Assembly (NCBI GenBank): GCA_023205875.1
Contig: CP060756.1
Location: forward strand, 372,001 to 436,000
DNA length: 64,000 bases
Reading direction: 5' to 3'
Source of the DNA: Chloropicon primus
Lineage: Eukaryota
The notes beneath the pieces are model-generated. The model was not told the origin of the DNA. It did not search any database and saw only the letters and a program-made list of their open reading frames with translations. The position numbers were made by a program, and so were the translations under genes. Shown here piece by piece: positions 53,301 through 64,000 of the stretch (within the stretch, counting starts at the first letter, position 1; each line of letters opens with the position of its first letter).

Positions 53301-55147
53301 AGGTTTCCCCTCTTACCAAGTCTCACGGCCAAGCTCATGACGATTCCCTCCCTCAGAGGATCGATTGGCGGGTTCGTCACCTGAGCAAACCTCTGCTTGA
53401 AGTAATCGTAGAGCAGGTGGGGCCTTCCGGACAGGACGGGCAGGGCGATCGTGTCCCCCATGCAGAAGGTCGCCTCGTTTCCATCGGTGGCCATGGCTTC
53501 AATGATGAGCTGAGAGTCCTCGATTCCGTAACCGAAGGCGATCTGCATCTCGAGGGCGTCCGCGGCGGACAGCTGGCACTCGCCCTTGAAGGCAAACCCC
53601 TCGATCTCCTTGATGTTCTTCGCCCACTCCGCGTAAGGCTTCTGCGCGGCGGCCATCTTGGCGATGTCAATGTTCGTGGAGAAGGTTCCCTTCCTCATGT
53701 CCACCGAGAGCATCTGCCCCGGCCCCAGTCGGCCCTTGCGGACGACCTTGGCCGCCGACTCGAAGACGTCCCCGAGGACCCCAACCTCCGAGGCGACAAA
53801 GATGTAGTCGTCCTCCGTCTGCCAGAACCTCGCTGGCCTCAGGCCGTTCCTGTCGAGCCTCGCGCCGACCTTGTCGCCGTCGCTAAACACCAGGAGGGCG
53901 GGTCCGTCCCAGCCCTCCTGGAGGCCCTCAAAGTACTTGTAGAATGCCTTGACCTCCGGGTACTTGGTGTCCAGGTCCGGGTGGTTCTCGTAGGCCTCGG
54001 GGACCAGGAGCATCATCGTGGGCTCCACGTCGAACTCCGTCTTGGTCAGGAGCTCGGCGACCCTGTCCAGGTTGGCAGAGTCGCTGGCGCCCTTGCCCTT
54101 GCAGATGGGCAGGAGGTCCTCCTCGTGGCCCTCCCAAAGGGGGTGGTTCAGCAGCTTCTCCCTCGAGTTCATGATGTTCAGGTTTCCCTGCAGGGTGTTG
54201 ATCTCCCCGTTGTGCCCCAGGAACCTCATGGGCTGAGCGAGGGGCCACTTGGGCACAGTGTTCGTGGAGAATCTCCTGTGATAAATACAGAAGGCCGTCT
54301 CGAACAGCTCGTTCTGCAGGTCCAAAAAGTAGTTCTGCACCACGGCGGACCTCAGCATGCCCTTGTACACGACGGTCTTCCCGGAGAAGGAGCAGATGTA
54401 GCACTCGTCCTCCGGCCCGTACATCTCGAAGACCTCCTGCTCGATCTTCTTCCTCAGGATGTAGAGCTCCCTGTCGAGCTCCTCGTAGGTGGGGAGGTCC
54501 TGCTTCACCACGATCTGCGCGACGACCGGCTCGGTCTCCTTGGCCATCGCCCCCACGACGCTGCTGTCGACGGGGACGTCCCTCCAGCCCACCACCTCGA
54601 AGCCCCTCTCCACCGCGAGCCTCGTGATGAAGTCCCTGCACGTCTTCGCCTCCCCCTCGTCCTGGGGGAGGAAGATCATGCCGACCCCGCACTTGCCTTC
54701 CTCCACCCCGGCCATCTCCGAGGCCAGGAGCTTCCACGGGATCTCGGTCATAACGCCCGCCCCGTCCCCGGAGTCATTGTCCGCGCTGCACGCCCCCCTG
54801 TGCTCCATGCAACCCAGACCGAGGATCGCCTTGTCCACCACGTCGTGGTTGCGCTCGCCCTTCATGCTCGCGATGAACCCCACGCCGCAAGCGTCGCGCT
54901 CGGAGAACAGGTCGTCGAAGTGGACGGCCTCCGCGTTCAGCTGCTGGAGCAGCGGGTGGTGGCGGTGCCTCCTGATGCCCGCGAGGGTCTTGCCGACCCC
55001 CCTCGCCGCCCGGCGCGCCGGCTTGAGCCTGGCGCCCTGGGAGGAGTGGCCACTCGAGCTCGCGCTGCTGCAACGCACCACGTGGTGCTTCACCACCAGG
55101 TGGCTGCCGCACCTCGACGAGGAGCAAGAAGAAGAAGAAGAAGGCAT
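50327..55147 (-). CDS. GLU1: Ferredoxin-dependent glutamate synthase (Fd-GOGAT), plastid
   Basis: Transit peptide, [48 protein letters not shown] and the 3Fe-4S motif [13 protein letters not shown]. There is no fused beta subunit. Confidence 0.98.
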   Translation of the reverse strand: MPSSSSSCSSSRCGSHLVVKHHVVRCSSASSSGHSSQGARLKPARRAARGVGKTLAGIRRHRHHPLLQQLNAEAVHFDDLFSERDACGVGFIASMKGERNHDVVDKAILGLGCMEHRGACSADNDSGDGAGVMTEIPWKLLASEMAGVEEGKCGVGMIFLPQDEGEAKTCRDFITRLAVERGFEVVGWRDVPVDSSVVGAMAKETEPVVAQIVVKQDLPTYEELDRELYILRKKIEQEVFEMYGPEDECYICSFSGKTVVYKGMLRSAVVQNYFLDLQNELFETAFCIYHRRFSTNTVPKWPLAQPMRFLGHNGEINTLQGNLNIMNSREKLLNHPLWEGHEEDLLPICKGKGASDSANLDRVAELLTKTEFDVEPTMMLLVPEAYENHPDLDTKYPEVKAFYKYFEGLQEGWDGPALLVFSDGDKVGARLDRNGLRPARFWQTEDDYIFVASEVGVLGDVFESAAKVVRKGRLGPGQMLSVDMRKGTFSTNIDIAKMAAAQKPYAEWAKNIKEIEGFAFKGECQLSAADALEMQIAFGYGIEDSQLIIEAMATDGNEATFCMGDTIALPVLSGRPHLLYDYFKQRFAQVTNPPIDPLREGIVMSLAVRLGKRGNLLKPEADSVVQANLSSPVLIEDELEEVMNTDFLQAKKFSTFFKAGSDMSKTIEKICKEAEEAVRAGCQCVVLSDKPEVGGFKDGKLSAEDPAIPILLIAGAVNHHLIDQGLRTEASIVCETAQAFSTHHFACLVGYGVSAVCPYLALETCRQWRMSPKTESLIKKGRVSNISIEDCQFNYRFAINKGLKKILSKMGFSLLSSYQGAQIFDIYGLAKDVVDTSFVGSVSRIGGMTMDDLARETMSFWNQAFPELPSKLPFFGFITSRPTGEYHAANPEMSKLLHKAVGLGGKNPAIENFRVYQEHMEKAPITTLRDMLEIKSDRDAIPIDEVEPASKIVERFCTGGMSLGAISRETHEVIAIAMNRIGGKSNSGEGGEDPIRWVPVDDVNEDGVSDSFDYLKGLQNGDIATSAVKQVASGRFGVTPHFLANANQLEIKIAQGAKPGEGGQLPGKKVSPYIASLRRSKPGVPLISPPPHHDIYSIEDLAQLIYDLHQVNENAKVSVKLVAQAGIGTIASGVAKANADVIQISGHDGGTGASPVSSIKHCGGPLELGLAETHISLTENQLRDRVILRADGGLRCGRDVMMSALLGADEYGFGTLAMIATGCIMARICHTNNCPVGVASQREDLRKKFPGTPSDLVNFFLFIAEEVREEMAAMGYRTMDELIGRGDLLKQRDVPLEKTQNFDASFLTQYAGSSSMVSSERISQATHSNGPQLEDTIIADKDFQNAVETEGTFDITTDIINVDRAFGGRIGGHVAYRYGDNGFAGSININLNGSAGQSFGCFLVGGINVKLVGEGNDYVCKGMAGGEVSIMPPADLQAEATSSVVIGNTALYGATGGRLFASGRAGERFSVRNSMADAVIEGVGDHCCEYMTGGCVVVLGPVGRNVGAGMTGGLGYFYDEDESFCSKLNTEIVIAQRVKSSAGEQQLKGLISDHFEKTKSKKAKMLLDNWSNELPKFWQIVPPSELGTPEAANEDIETEVMVEQNA

Positions 55148-55649
55148 CGTGTCTCGTCGCGCGCGTGTCTCGTTGTCGTCGTCGTCGTCGTCGTCGTCGT
55201 CGTGAGCTGAAGAACAACAAGAGGAGGAGGAGGAGGGGGAGGGAAGCGAGGTCAGCGAAAGCGATGACGATGACGATGGCGTCGTGACAAGGCGACAAGG
55301 CGAGCTTTCTTTTTTCCTCGTGCGCGGAAAACAAGAGAGAAAGAGAGAGAGAGAAAGAGGGAGAGAGCGTCGACGCGGAGCTCCGGCGATCGATCTCTCC
55401 CTCGACGGGTCCTCGTCCTCGTCCCTTACCCTCGGTACGCGCGCGCGCCTCGTATCAGGTCTGTTCCAACAACCGATCCAAAAAACTTTTTCTGGAGCGA
55501 GAGAAATCCCTCGCCGCTCATTTTTGGTTCGGGGGATGGATTCGGATTGCAAGATAGAGATCGTGTGTTGAGGGGTCGAGCCACGTGTTGCCGGGTTCTT
55601 GTCCTTGGGATGAATGAACTCTAAACTTAATCGAATCGTATAATCTTGG

Positions 55650-55684
<35 letters not shown>

Positions 55685-55712
55685 GTCCCGTCCGAGCTGG
55701 ACCGATGATGGA

Positions 55713-58700
55713 TCATGCCACCATCGGGGTGGGGGTGGCCGCTGGGTGCTGGTGCTGTTTCGACGCCTCACCGCCCTCCTGGTCCTGGTCCTGGTCCTGG
55801 TCCTGGTCCTCCGGGCAGGCCGCCTGCCTGTCCCGGAGGTGCTTCTCGTACCGGTCCAGGTCCGCGAGCCACTCGCGGCCGCAGAAAGGGAAGAGGTCCA
55901 GGCCAACGCGCATCCAGAGCCTGCCCTTGCCGCGCTCGCCCAGCTCGTAGAGCTGGACGCCCCGGTTCCAGGAGGTCCTCGCCAGCCACCTGACTTCCTC
56001 CTCCGGGTACGCCGCGGCGGCTTGCTTGACGACCTCAAGGGCCTGGGAGCACAGCCCGATGCCCTCGTCGTCGCTGCCCCTGAGCTCGATGAGGCTCCTG
56101 AGGCAGAAGGCGACGCCCTCGTAGCTCACCTTGTCGGCGCCCTGGAAGCACTTGAGGGCGATCCCGAGGGCCCTGGCCTTGACCGCGTTGGACCTGGAGG
56201 CGAGGACGTCCGCGGAGCGGGCCATCTGCACGAAGTGCGCCGGGTCCTCGCTCACGAGCTGGAGCTCCATCAGGAGCTGCAGGGCGGTGGGGACGTCCTT
56301 GGCCTGGCACGCCACCTCGTACTTGAGCCAGGGGATCCTTCCGCCGATCTTGCGCTGCAGGTCCTCGTCCAAGGCCCGCTTGTGCTTTAGGAAGGCGAGC
56401 TCCAGGGACCTCACCAGGCCGGCCAGCCTTTCGGCGTCGTCGACCGCGTTCCCTTCTTCGTCGTCGTGGGCGTCCAAGTGGAGCACCGAGGCGTAGAGCA
56501 GGGCCTCGCACCCCTTGGCCTGGTCCCCGAGGAAGGTGCCGGAGGCCTCGAACATCCTGGACGCCGCCCGGAGGGCCTCGCGTCCCCCGAGCCCGGACAG
56601 CTTCAGGCCTAAGTCCCACGCCTTGCAAGCGAACCAGTGGACGGTGGGCTCGTCCCTCGCGCCCGCCTTGCCGCCGCCGCAAAAATTCTTCCTGTCCCTC
56701 GAGTACAGCTCGCGGGCCTCCTCGAGGTAATTCGCGGTCCCCAGGCCGCCGCCTCCGTCGTCGCCGTCCCCGCCGACCTGCTCCTCGCTCAGGCTGATCA
56801 GGCACCTCAGCAGAGTGGAGTGGGGCTCCGTGATCTCCTCGCTCTGCTTCTGGTGCTCGAAGAGCTTGTGCAGGCACTCGCAAGCGACCTTGTTCTGCTT
56901 GTCCCGGATGGCCTCCCTGCAGATGCTCAGCAGCTGCTTGGGGTGGAACTCCGGGTTCTGGGTCAGGGAGCGGATCATGGTCAGGCACCTCGCGTAGTCC
57001 GACTGCGCCATGTGGAGGCGGATCAGGATCAAGTCGTTCGCGACGTTGCCCTGCTCCAGGTCCTTGGCCAGCGCGATGTGCTGCTCCGCCTTCTTGAACT
57101 CCTTCTGCGCCAGGAGCACGAGGGACAGGCACCGCAGGACCTTGGTCCTCAAGTTCTCCCCGGCCCCGTCGGACTCGTTCAGGCTGGCGTACAGCAGGCA
57201 GGTCTGGAAGAGGTCCCGGGACACTTTGTAGTCCCCCCCCTGGTAGGTCTGGACGGCGCTGTCGAACATGATGCCGTACAGCCTGACGCAGTGCGACTTG
57301 TCTGGGGTGTTGAACAGGACGGTCACCTTGGGATCGCCGGTGATCGCCACGGTACTCGCGTACTTCTGCGTTCCGGCGACCTCGCCAGCGTCCCTTGACA
57401 GAAGGAAGCAGCAAAAGTCGACCACCAGGCTTGCGTTCTTGCTCCGCTCGCAGAATGTCACGAGCTGGGACACCACCCTCTCCCTCAAGTCCTTTTGGGT
57501 GCAGCCAGAGTAGCAGGCCTTGAACATCTCCAGGAAGATCTGGTGCCTGGGGTTCTCCGCGGCGCTCGTCGTCGCGCTCTCCAGGATCCCCAGGGCGTCC
57601 GCGGGCTTCTCCAGACCCAATGCGGCTTTGATGGACATGAACTGGAAGGAGTTGTGCTTGTGGATCGGCTCCAGCTTGGGCCGGAGGAACGACAGGACGG
57701 CTTGGGCCTCCGAGTAGTTCTTCGCGTTCAGGTGGGCGTGGGCCAGGTTCTTGGTGATCCTCACCAGGACATTCTTCAGCCTCTTGGAGGCGTCTTCGCC
57801 GTTTTCGCTCGCGAGCCTGCGGACGTCCCCCAGGACCTCGATCGCGGAGTCGAACATGGAGATGCTCTGGCCGGTGCGGTCGCTGGCCAGGAGGGCCTCC
57901 CCGAGAGAAAACAGCTCCTCCGCCAGGGCGCACAGCGTGGCCGGTGCGAGATCCGGGGGGAGCGTCTTTGGCATCTCCTTGCACCTCCCGACGAGGCTCG
58001 AGAGCAGGATGTCCTGCTTCAGCTCCAGGGCCGCCCAGCCCCTCTTGCTGTGGAGGCTGAAGAGCAGGGTGAGGACCTCCTCCCGCTTGGCGATCGGGAC
58101 GGCGTTGTCGTCCGCGTAAGCGGTCATCTGGCCCAAGCTCTCGCTCGCGCCGGAGAAGCAGAACTCCGCCTTCTCGAAGCAGGAGGCCCGCATCCACATG
58201 TCTCCCGTATCCACAAGCCTCCTCCACAGGGAAAGGTGGATCTCCAGCTTGTCTGCGCGGCTGCTCTTGCTCGACACGGGGACGAAGACCTCCACGGCGA
58301 TCTTGCACGACAGCTGCTTCATGGTGCGCCCTCCCTTGGCGGGAGGATCGCTCTGGATCCAGGACAGGGCCGCGTTCCAGACGTCGATGCCGAGCCTCCA
58401 GATCTCCCTGGCCTGCTCCGCATCCTCCTTCGTCAAGATCGCCTCCACCTTCTCGCACAAGCTCCCAAGCTTGCCTTCGATCGCCTCCGGTCCCGCCGCT
58501 TCCCCGCCCTTGATCAGATCAAGAATTGCCGCCAGATCCTGGCTCGCCTCGAGCACGCGCGTCGCCACCTCGCTCCTCTGGGCCTGCCGCGGGTTCTCGA
58601 AAGCTTTCCTCGATCGCTCCGGGGGCGGATCCCCTTCCCTTTCCTTGTTCTTCCCCGGTGGAGACGAGGAGAGGCCGAGCATCTCGTGAAACGTCTTCGA

Positions 58701-58760
58701 CGCGCCTCCTCCTTGCCCACCTTTGCTCTGGAACATGAACTTCTCGAGTATCGTGTTCAT
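55713..58760 (-). CDS. ZIP4: TPR-type meiotic crossover protein, ZIP4/SPO22/TEX11-like
   Basis: About 1015-aa helical-repeat protein with [22 protein letters not shown] and [18 protein letters not shown], which I recognise as ZIP4/TEX11-like. Confidence 0.8.
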   Translation of the reverse strand: MNTILEKFMFQSKGGQGGGASKTFHEMLGLSSSPPGKNKEREGDPPPERSRKAFENPRQAQRSEVATRVLEASQDLAAILDLIKGGEAAGPEAIEGKLGSLCEKVEAILTKEDAEQAREIWRLGIDVWNAALSWIQSDPPAKGGRTMKQLSCKIAVEVFVPVSSKSSRADKLEIHLSLWRRLVDTGDMWMRASCFEKAEFCFSGASESLGQMTAYADDNAVPIAKREEVLTLLFSLHSKRGWAALELKQDILLSSLVGRCKEMPKTLPPDLAPATLCALAEELFSLGEALLASDRTGQSISMFDSAIEVLGDVRRLASENGEDASKRLKNVLVRITKNLAHAHLNAKNYSEAQAVLSFLRPKLEPIHKHNSFQFMSIKAALGLEKPADALGILESATTSAAENPRHQIFLEMFKACYSGCTQKDLRERVVSQLVTFCERSKNASLVVDFCCFLLSRDAGEVAGTQKYASTVAITGDPKVTVLFNTPDKSHCVRLYGIMFDSAVQTYQGGDYKVSRDLFQTCLLYASLNESDGAGENLRTKVLRCLSLVLLAQKEFKKAEQHIALAKDLEQGNVANDLILIRLHMAQSDYARCLTMIRSLTQNPEFHPKQLLSICREAIRDKQNKVACECLHKLFEHQKQSEEITEPHSTLLRCLISLSEEQVGGDGDDGGGGLGTANYLEEARELYSRDRKNFCGGGKAGARDEPTVHWFACKAWDLGLKLSGLGGREALRAASRMFEASGTFLGDQAKGCEALLYASVLHLDAHDDEEGNAVDDAERLAGLVRSLELAFLKHKRALDEDLQRKIGGRIPWLKYEVACQAKDVPTALQLLMELQLVSEDPAHFVQMARSADVLASRSNAVKARALGIALKCFQGADKVSYEGVAFCLRSLIELRGSDDEGIGLCSQALEVVKQAAAAYPEEEVRWLARTSWNRGVQLYELGERGKGRLWMRVGLDLFPFCGREWLADLDRYEKHLRDRQAACPEDQDQDQDQDQEGGEASKQHQHPAATPTPMVA

Positions 58761-58782
58761 CTTGCACACGTCGTCGACCTCC

Positions 58783-58937
58783 TCGATCGATCGATCGATC
58801 CTTCTCCTCCTACCCCTATCGACCGCCACCGTCCGCCCTCCACACTGATCGATCATCCTCCGCTTGCAGTTACGATCGATCGATCAAAATTACGATCGAT
58901 TCTTTGGGCTCGATCAGAAGCCAAGATCACAAGATCG
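58783..58937. repeat. GATC/(GATC)n cluster in the ZIP4-ERGIC divergent promoter
   Basis: 13 GATC counted in about 155 bp, including (GATC)4 and TTACGATCGAT twice. Confidence 0.85.
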
Positions 58938-58940
58938 ACG

Positions 58941-60387
58941 ATGAACGGCCTGGCAAGGCACGTTGCGAGCCTCAGCGCCTATCGCAAGACGGATGAGCAC
59001 CTCACCAGGCGAACCCTTCAAGGGGCACTAGGTCCGTAAGCCGCCTCCCTTTCCCTCTCTATCTCTTTCTTTTCTTTCTTGAACGACAAACGGCATGGAG
59101 AGGAGACGAGAGGTCATGGACCCATCACGTTGTTTTGTGTTGTGTTGTGTTGTCTTTGCTTGTACTGACTGGTCTCTGGCGTCGCGTCATGTTCGTCTCG
59201 GCGGGTGATCAGTGACGGTGCTGGGGGTTTTGGCTGCCTTGACGCTTTTCGTGTACGAGACGAGCAACTTCAAGCGAAAACAGGTCGTGCAACAGGTAAG
59301 GAGACTTCATATGCCATGTCATGCAGGTTTGTGTAGGGAAGGGCGGAGGAACCCGAGAACTGAAATGCGTTCGTGTTGCTGTGCTCTTCGTGCGTGTTTT
59401 GATCGACGTGCTGTGGCCGGGCGAGTAGATGGTCGTCGACAGCGTGAGGGGGGAGGTGCTCAAGGCCAGGCTCAACGTGTCAACTCTGGCGATACCGTGT
59501 TCAGGTATGTTTATTTTCTTTTGTTGGATTCCTTCTTGTGTGTGTGTGTGTGTGCGCGCGCGCGCGTGCGTCGTCGTGTGCTGACTGGGCTGCTCTCTAG
59601 TCTTGACCGTGAACACGCTCGACCAGTCGGGAGCCTTCAACTTCAACCTGCACCGAAACCTCGTGAAGGAGGTGCTCGATCCGAGCGGAAGGCCTGCAGG
59701 AAAGTATCAGCTGCTGGAGAGCGAGCTCGCGGCGTTTGCCTTGGGCGTGGAGGCGTCCATGTTCCTCACGGAGAAGGATCAAGCGAGGATCAAAGACGAA
59801 ATAGCGAGGAAGGAGGGATGTAGAGTCAGCGGGGACCTGGACCTTCAGAAGCTCTCAGGAAAGTTTCACATCTCCAGCAACGCTCTCATCATGCAAATGC
59901 TCGTCGAGGCTTACAAGGGGGTGAACAACATGAACACGAGTCACGTCATCCATGAAGTGGCGCTGGGGGAGCCCTATCCCGGAAGCGTGAACCCCCTGGA
60001 TCAGTACCACAGAATCATAGAGAGCCCAGGATCGTACAAGTACTACCTGCAGGTCGTGCCCACGGAATACGTTTACCTCAACCGTGAGTAATGGGCGGAT
60101 TCAAGCGAAGATTCGTGATGCTAGTGACGCTGACTTCACGCCTCTCCCTCTCCCTCTTCGCAGGAAGCGTCGTGCATACTTTCCAGTACTCGGTCACGGA
60201 ATACTTCACAAAGTTTGGGGACGACATGATGAAATTGCCTGGCATTCACTTCAAGTACGACATGAGCGCGATCGCGGTGAAGCTCCGGGAGAAGAAGGTC
60301 AGCTTCCTTCACTACTTGACGAGGCTGTGCGCCACAATAGGGGGGGCCTTTGCTTTGACGTCTCTGATCAACTCGTGGGTCGGCTGA
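58941..60387 (+). CDS. ERGIC3/Erv46-family COPII vesicle protein, 5 exons (58941-59031, 59213-59295, 59429-59504, 59601-60083, 60164-60387)
   Basis: The spliced frame gives SAYRKT..HLT.RTLQGA, MVVDSVRGE...IPCS, EGCRVSG, GKFHIS, VNPLD, YYLQVVPTEY, LPGIHFKYDMS and RLCATIGG. Confidence 0.9.
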
Positions 60388-60398
60388 AACAAAATTGA

Positions 60399-60926
60399 TT
60401 ATTCTTTAGTTGTTGTACCATAATAATACTTCTCGAACGCAACCGCACTGTCCGGACACACCTTTCTCTCCCGTATCAGGGCCCTCACCTCTTCCACGGC
60501 CATGAACCTAGCGCTCTCGACTTCGCTCTCCTGCAGCTCGAAGGGCCCCTCGTAAGTCGTGGAGAAGAGCCTCCCCCAGACTCTGCTGATGCCGTCCTCG
60601 TAGAAAAAATCGAAGATGTGCTTCAGCTCCACTCCGGAGATACCCATCTCCTCCTCGATCTCCCTCTTGGCGTTCTCCTCGTAGGATTCCAGGCCCACTA
60701 CACCTCCCGGAGCCGGGTCGTAGAACGACGGGTAGGTCTCCTTGAACGCAACTCGCTTCTGCACGAAAACTTGCCCCTCCCTGTTGTTGATGATCACATA
60801 ACTGCACCTGTGGATGAGGTTGCTCGCTCTCATCTCCGCGCGCGTCACGGGGTCCCCAGTGACCTCATTCTTCTCGTTCACGATCGTTACCAGCTCCCTC
60901 GGGTTCTGCACGGCGTTGGTCGACAT
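60399..60926 (-). CDS. Nudix hydrolase, YfcD-like
   Basis: TRAEMRASNLIHRCSYV, VQKRVAFKETYP and the Nudix box GGVVGLESYEENAKREIEEEMGI. Confidence 0.92.
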   Translation of the reverse strand: MSTNAVQNPRELVTIVNEKNEVTGDPVTRAEMRASNLIHRCSYVIINNREGQVFVQKRVAFKETYPSFYDPAPGGVVGLESYEENAKREIEEEMGISGVELKHIFDFFYEDGISRVWGRLFSTTYEGPFELQESEVESARFMAVEEVRALIRERKVCPDSAVAFEKYYYGTTTKE

Positions 60927-61054
60927 CTTCCGCCCACAGGCGCGAGGGATGGAGGGGGACAGCGACAAAACTCTTCACTTGGACTGGATGGCCCTCGCCA
61001 GGCTCAAGGTCATCCGCTTCGACGCGATCGAATCGGTCGCCGAGCCACGGCCTA

Positions 61055-61450
61055 TCAGCCCGATCCCGGGTTCGACTTCAACTTCCTGTACGCCTCCGCC
61101 TCCACGGGAAACGCGGCCGTGGCCTGCTCGACGAGAGCGTCGTGAAACTTCTGCAAGTTGGTGGCCTTCCCCTTGACCTTCTGGTTCTCCACCACGCAGG
61201 TGTGGAGCGCGTCAATGACAAACTTGTCCGGGTTGACGCCAGTGTCCAGTCTCTTGATCAGCTCGACAGGGAACTCCACCTCTGTCTTCCCAGTCGCCTC
61301 CCTTACTTTGCCCAGAGACGCCACAAAGTCGTTCAACCGCTGCACCAGCTCCTCGCTCGATCCCGGGCTGAAGTCTTTCACAAGCCTTTCCACCGAGTGT
61401 ATCTTCGTCAGAGCGCCTCGGACCGCACCTTCCGGGTCGCCAGCCTCCAT
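61055..61450 (-). CDS. MED10: Mediator subunit 10 (Nut2)
   Basis: 131 aa with LVQRLNDFVASL and VEFPVELIKRLDTGVNPDKF...ENQKVKGK. Confidence 0.88.
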   Translation of the reverse strand: MEAGDPEGAVRGALTKIHSVERLVKDFSPGSSEELVQRLNDFVASLGKVREATGKTEVEFPVELIKRLDTGVNPDKFVIDALHTCVVENQKVKGKATNLQKFHDALVEQATAAFPVEAEAYRKLKSNPGSG

Positions 61451-61708
61451 GAGTGAGGACCTCCTCCACCAACCAAGCACCCGTGTCCCTTCGGCGCCAA
61501 AGTGATCTAAGTGCTCTCTCTCTCTCTCTCTCTAGCTAGCTAGCTTTTGACAGCTCTGGAGTCAGCAGGACCTAGGGAGAGGGAGAGGGAGAGGGAGAGG
61601 GTTGTGTGCGTGCGTGCGTGGAAAGGGAAGGCGAGTTCGTGGAACGTAGTGTACAATTACAAAGGATCCTGCCCATGCCATTGCCATTCAGAATGTTTGG
61701 GCAAGGAA

Positions 61709-62800
61709 TTATCTGTAGATGGTGTAGTCTTCCCCTCGCACGGTCGTCTGCTTGTTGGGCTTCTGCCAATAGAGCAAGTCCATGCCCTGGCCAGACGTGG
61801 GCCCGATGTCAGAGCCTGACCTGCTTCCAGGGACAGGGAGCTTCTTGGTGCCCGTCTTCTTCTCGTGGGCGTTCTGGATGGGTTTCGTCGGGACTCTCTT
61901 CCCGAACTTCACGTCCGAGCTCTCGTTCTTTGGGTTGGTGTAGTCCGAAAAGTTGAAGCCTCCGATGTTCTCCTTCTTCGACACCGGTGGCCTCGGCGCG
62001 TTGTTCCCGCTGTCCTTCAGGTACTGGTGCTGCATCACGCTGTGGAGGTCCTGGTCCTTGGTCATCCTGCCCGAGTACCCTTTCCCTTTCGAGGGGTCGA
62101 TGGCGATGTTGCCGATCCAAGAGTCCTGGTTGGAAGAGTTCCCGGTGCCGCTCATCACCTCGAACAGGTCCTTCCTCGCCGTCCTCTGCTCCGGGCCAGG
62201 CGTCGGCTTCTTGCCCTTGGTGGGACAAATCTGAATGTTTCCTATCCAACCGTCGTCCTCGACTTTGGTCCCCCTTTCCATCTTGATCCAAGACTTGTCC
62301 CCGGGCTGCGTCGAGGTGGCACAGGTCTTCCCCTTGGACGGGTCGATGAGCTCGTTGCCGATCCAGCCGTCCGTAGCACCCGCCTCGCTGCCCTGAAGCA
62401 CGCCAAAGAGGTTCTTGCGGTCGGTGAGGTGCGAAGGCGCGGGCCTGTTCGCGGCTACACCAGGACCAGCCCCAGGAATGAGTCTCCTCCCCGAGGGCTT
62501 CTTCACCTCTGCCCTGTCCTTCCCGCCCGAGGCGGCGTTCGGCTGAAGCAGCTCCAGCGTCCCTCTCCCGTGGCGCTCGTTGATGGCGTTCCACCTCCCG
62601 TCGTTGTGCCTCGCCTTGTTCACTTCACCCGTACGGTTGTGGTTGTTTATGCCAGCCAAGTCGGTCAAGAACGGCCCAGAGGTCGAGAGCCTTCTCACCA
62701 CGTTCGTCCCGTCCTTCTTGACGGTCTGATAACTTCTGCTCCCATAGTCGTCGCGATAATTCGACACGAGCTCCCCCCAACTCTCAGGTTCTTTGGCCAT
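61709..62800 (-). CDS. Hypothetical hydrophilic repeat protein (three WIGN..I.P.KGK repeats)
   Basis: Open frame with strong coding bias and internal repeats. Minus-strand TGTAA at 61657-61661. Confidence 0.78.
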   Translation of the reverse strand: MAKEPESWGELVSNYRDDYGSRSYQTVKKDGTNVVRRLSTSGPFLTDLAGINNHNRTGEVNKARHNDGRWNAINERHGRGTLELLQPNAASGGKDRAEVKKPSGRRLIPGAGPGVAANRPAPSHLTDRKNLFGVLQGSEAGATDGWIGNELIDPSKGKTCATSTQPGDKSWIKMERGTKVEDDGWIGNIQICPTKGKKPTPGPEQRTARKDLFEVMSGTGNSSNQDSWIGNIAIDPSKGKGYSGRMTKDQDLHSVMQHQYLKDSGNNAPRPPVSKKENIGGFNFSDYTNPKNESSDVKFGKRVPTKPIQNAHEKKTGTKKLPVPGSRSGSDIGPTSGQGMDLLYWQKPNKQTTVRGEDYTIYR

Positions 62801-63523
62801 CTCGTACGCTCCCACACAACTTTTCCTGTCCTCCAACGGATTCGTTCACCAAACCCAAAACAACCCAGGAACAAACAAAAAAAAAGGAGCAAACACACGC
62901 AGCGCGCGCAGGCAGGTTCCCAGATGAGACGGACCTCACGACCAACGGATGGTCTCTCTGCCGTGTCCTTGCTTTCGTTTCCAGCAACCGGTGCGCAACC
63001 AAGTCAAACCTCTCTCTCTCTCTCTCTGTCTCTTTTCCGTTGGCCAGGCATACATACATGCGTACCAATCTTTGTCGTACACGAATTCTTGACATTTTAT
63101 TTGAGCGGGAAACAGCAGAGCGACGAGCGAGCGAGGGAGCGAGGAGATTGAGATTGAGTGGAGGGGATCCGGCGCGATTGGTGGGTCCGTCCGCCTCGGA
63201 GAAGGTTGGAGGCTTGAAGCGTTACGATACCTTGCCCTTGCCCCTTACCTTACCTTTCGTCTCGTTTTCGTTGGCACGCAAACGTAAACGAGTACTGCAA
63301 GGCTAGGGTCTTTGCCACAGTGCACGACGGTCTGAGGAGAGGTGGAGCAAGCAAGCAGAGAGGGAAGGAGTGTGGTGTGTGTATGTGTGTGCGTGCGTGC
63401 GTTTGGATGGTTCGATTGTTTTGTGGGAATGATGGATGTCGGTTCACAGGAAGGAGGGGATAGGATTGAGGTGACGAGGTGTTGCACTGGGAGCACAAGG
63501 TAGAAGAAAGACTGCATACAGAA

Positions 63524-64000
63524 ATGATTGACGTGAATCCTTCTGACTTGGCCATCAGAAACGCCAAGGTTGGCGAGACCTACGTCTTGCTGTGCAGCTT
63601 GAAGAACGACACAGAGCTTGTCTTGGACTGCAAAGTCCAATGTTCACAAGCTTGCTCGGAACGGTGGGCCGTGACCCCCAAAAGCTTTCGGCTGAAACCG
63701 AGGCAGACTCAAAGCTTGGAGCTGAAGATGACGATGAAGCAGCTGCCTTCGACGTCCTCAAGGAGGGCCCTGGCGTCCGGGGGGCTGAAGGACGTCTTCT
63801 ATCTGAAAACCCAGTACTTCGAGCAACGCTTTCACTGTTTGGTCTTCGGGGAGAGCAAATGCAAGGTGAAGGGAAAGGCGGTCGCCGCCGAAGATGCTCA
63901 GGCTGGGAGGTCCAAGAGAGAGACGGCAGCATGGGATGCCCGATCGCATTCGGCTGTGGACGTCGAGGTCGGGCTGCACCGCCTCGGAAGCAGGATCACT
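63524..64000 (+). CDS. Partial CDS running off the window; N-terminal ASH/MSP(PapD)-like Ig-fold domain
   Basis: Stop-free frame MIDVNPSDLAIRNAKVGETYVLLCSLKND...WAVTPKSFRLKPRQTQSLELKM...DVFYLKTQYFEQRF. It is absent from the ORF track because no stop falls in the window. Confidence 0.65.
   Translation, partial: MIDVNPSDLAIRNAKVGETYVLLCSLKNDTELVLDCKVQCSQACSERWAVTPKSFRLKPRQTQSLELKMTMKQLPSTSSRRALASGGLKDVFYLKTQYFEQRFHCLVFGESKCKVKGKAVAAEDAQAGRSKRETAAWDARSHSAVDVEVGLHRLGSRIT

Noticed and set aside
50315..55210. 1631-aa ORF antisense to Fd-GOGAT
   Set aside because: It mirrors the sense gene codon for codon. Strong C/G third-position bias removes antisense stops, and the product has no recognisable motifs.
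63555..63932. Minus-strand 125-aa ORF at the window end
   Set aside because: A Ser/Arg/Pro-rich shadow of the more protein-like plus-strand frame starting at 63524.

Overview
This is gene-dense eukaryotic nuclear DNA from a chlorophyte green picoalga. The evidence is about 35 closely packed genes, few short GT-AG introns with CTGAC/CTAAC branch points, TGTAA poly(A) signals and plastid-targeted enzymes; a Chloropicon-like prasinophyte is my inference. Recognisable genes include Rab3GAP1 (with a BSD domain), PABP, PDIA6, an HD-Zip-like factor, a class-3 lipase, a SWIM protein, DHDPS, a DExH helicase, TFIP11, gamma-glutamyl hydrolase, GPI8, a GRIP golgin, PhoD, MPP-alpha, an arrestin-fold protein, an enkurin-domain protein, COX14, a J-protein, RNase H1, Fd-GOGAT, ZIP4, an ERGIC3/Erv46-type protein, a Nudix hydrolase and MED10. 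I found no supportable tRNA, rRNA, CRISPR array or intact mobile element. The best leads are: (1) a calponin-homology/transmembrane/LysM fusion protein; (2) a PABP 5'UTR whose A-rich autoregulatory tract is assembled only after an intron is spliced out; (3) a candidate bicistronic MED10-Nudix unit; (4) a putatively myristoylated arrestin-fold protein next to a 79-bp direct repeat; (5) a three-exon ER/secreted protein that the ORF track misses; (6) meiosis and cilium-type genes. All family calls come from reading motifs by eye, with no database search.
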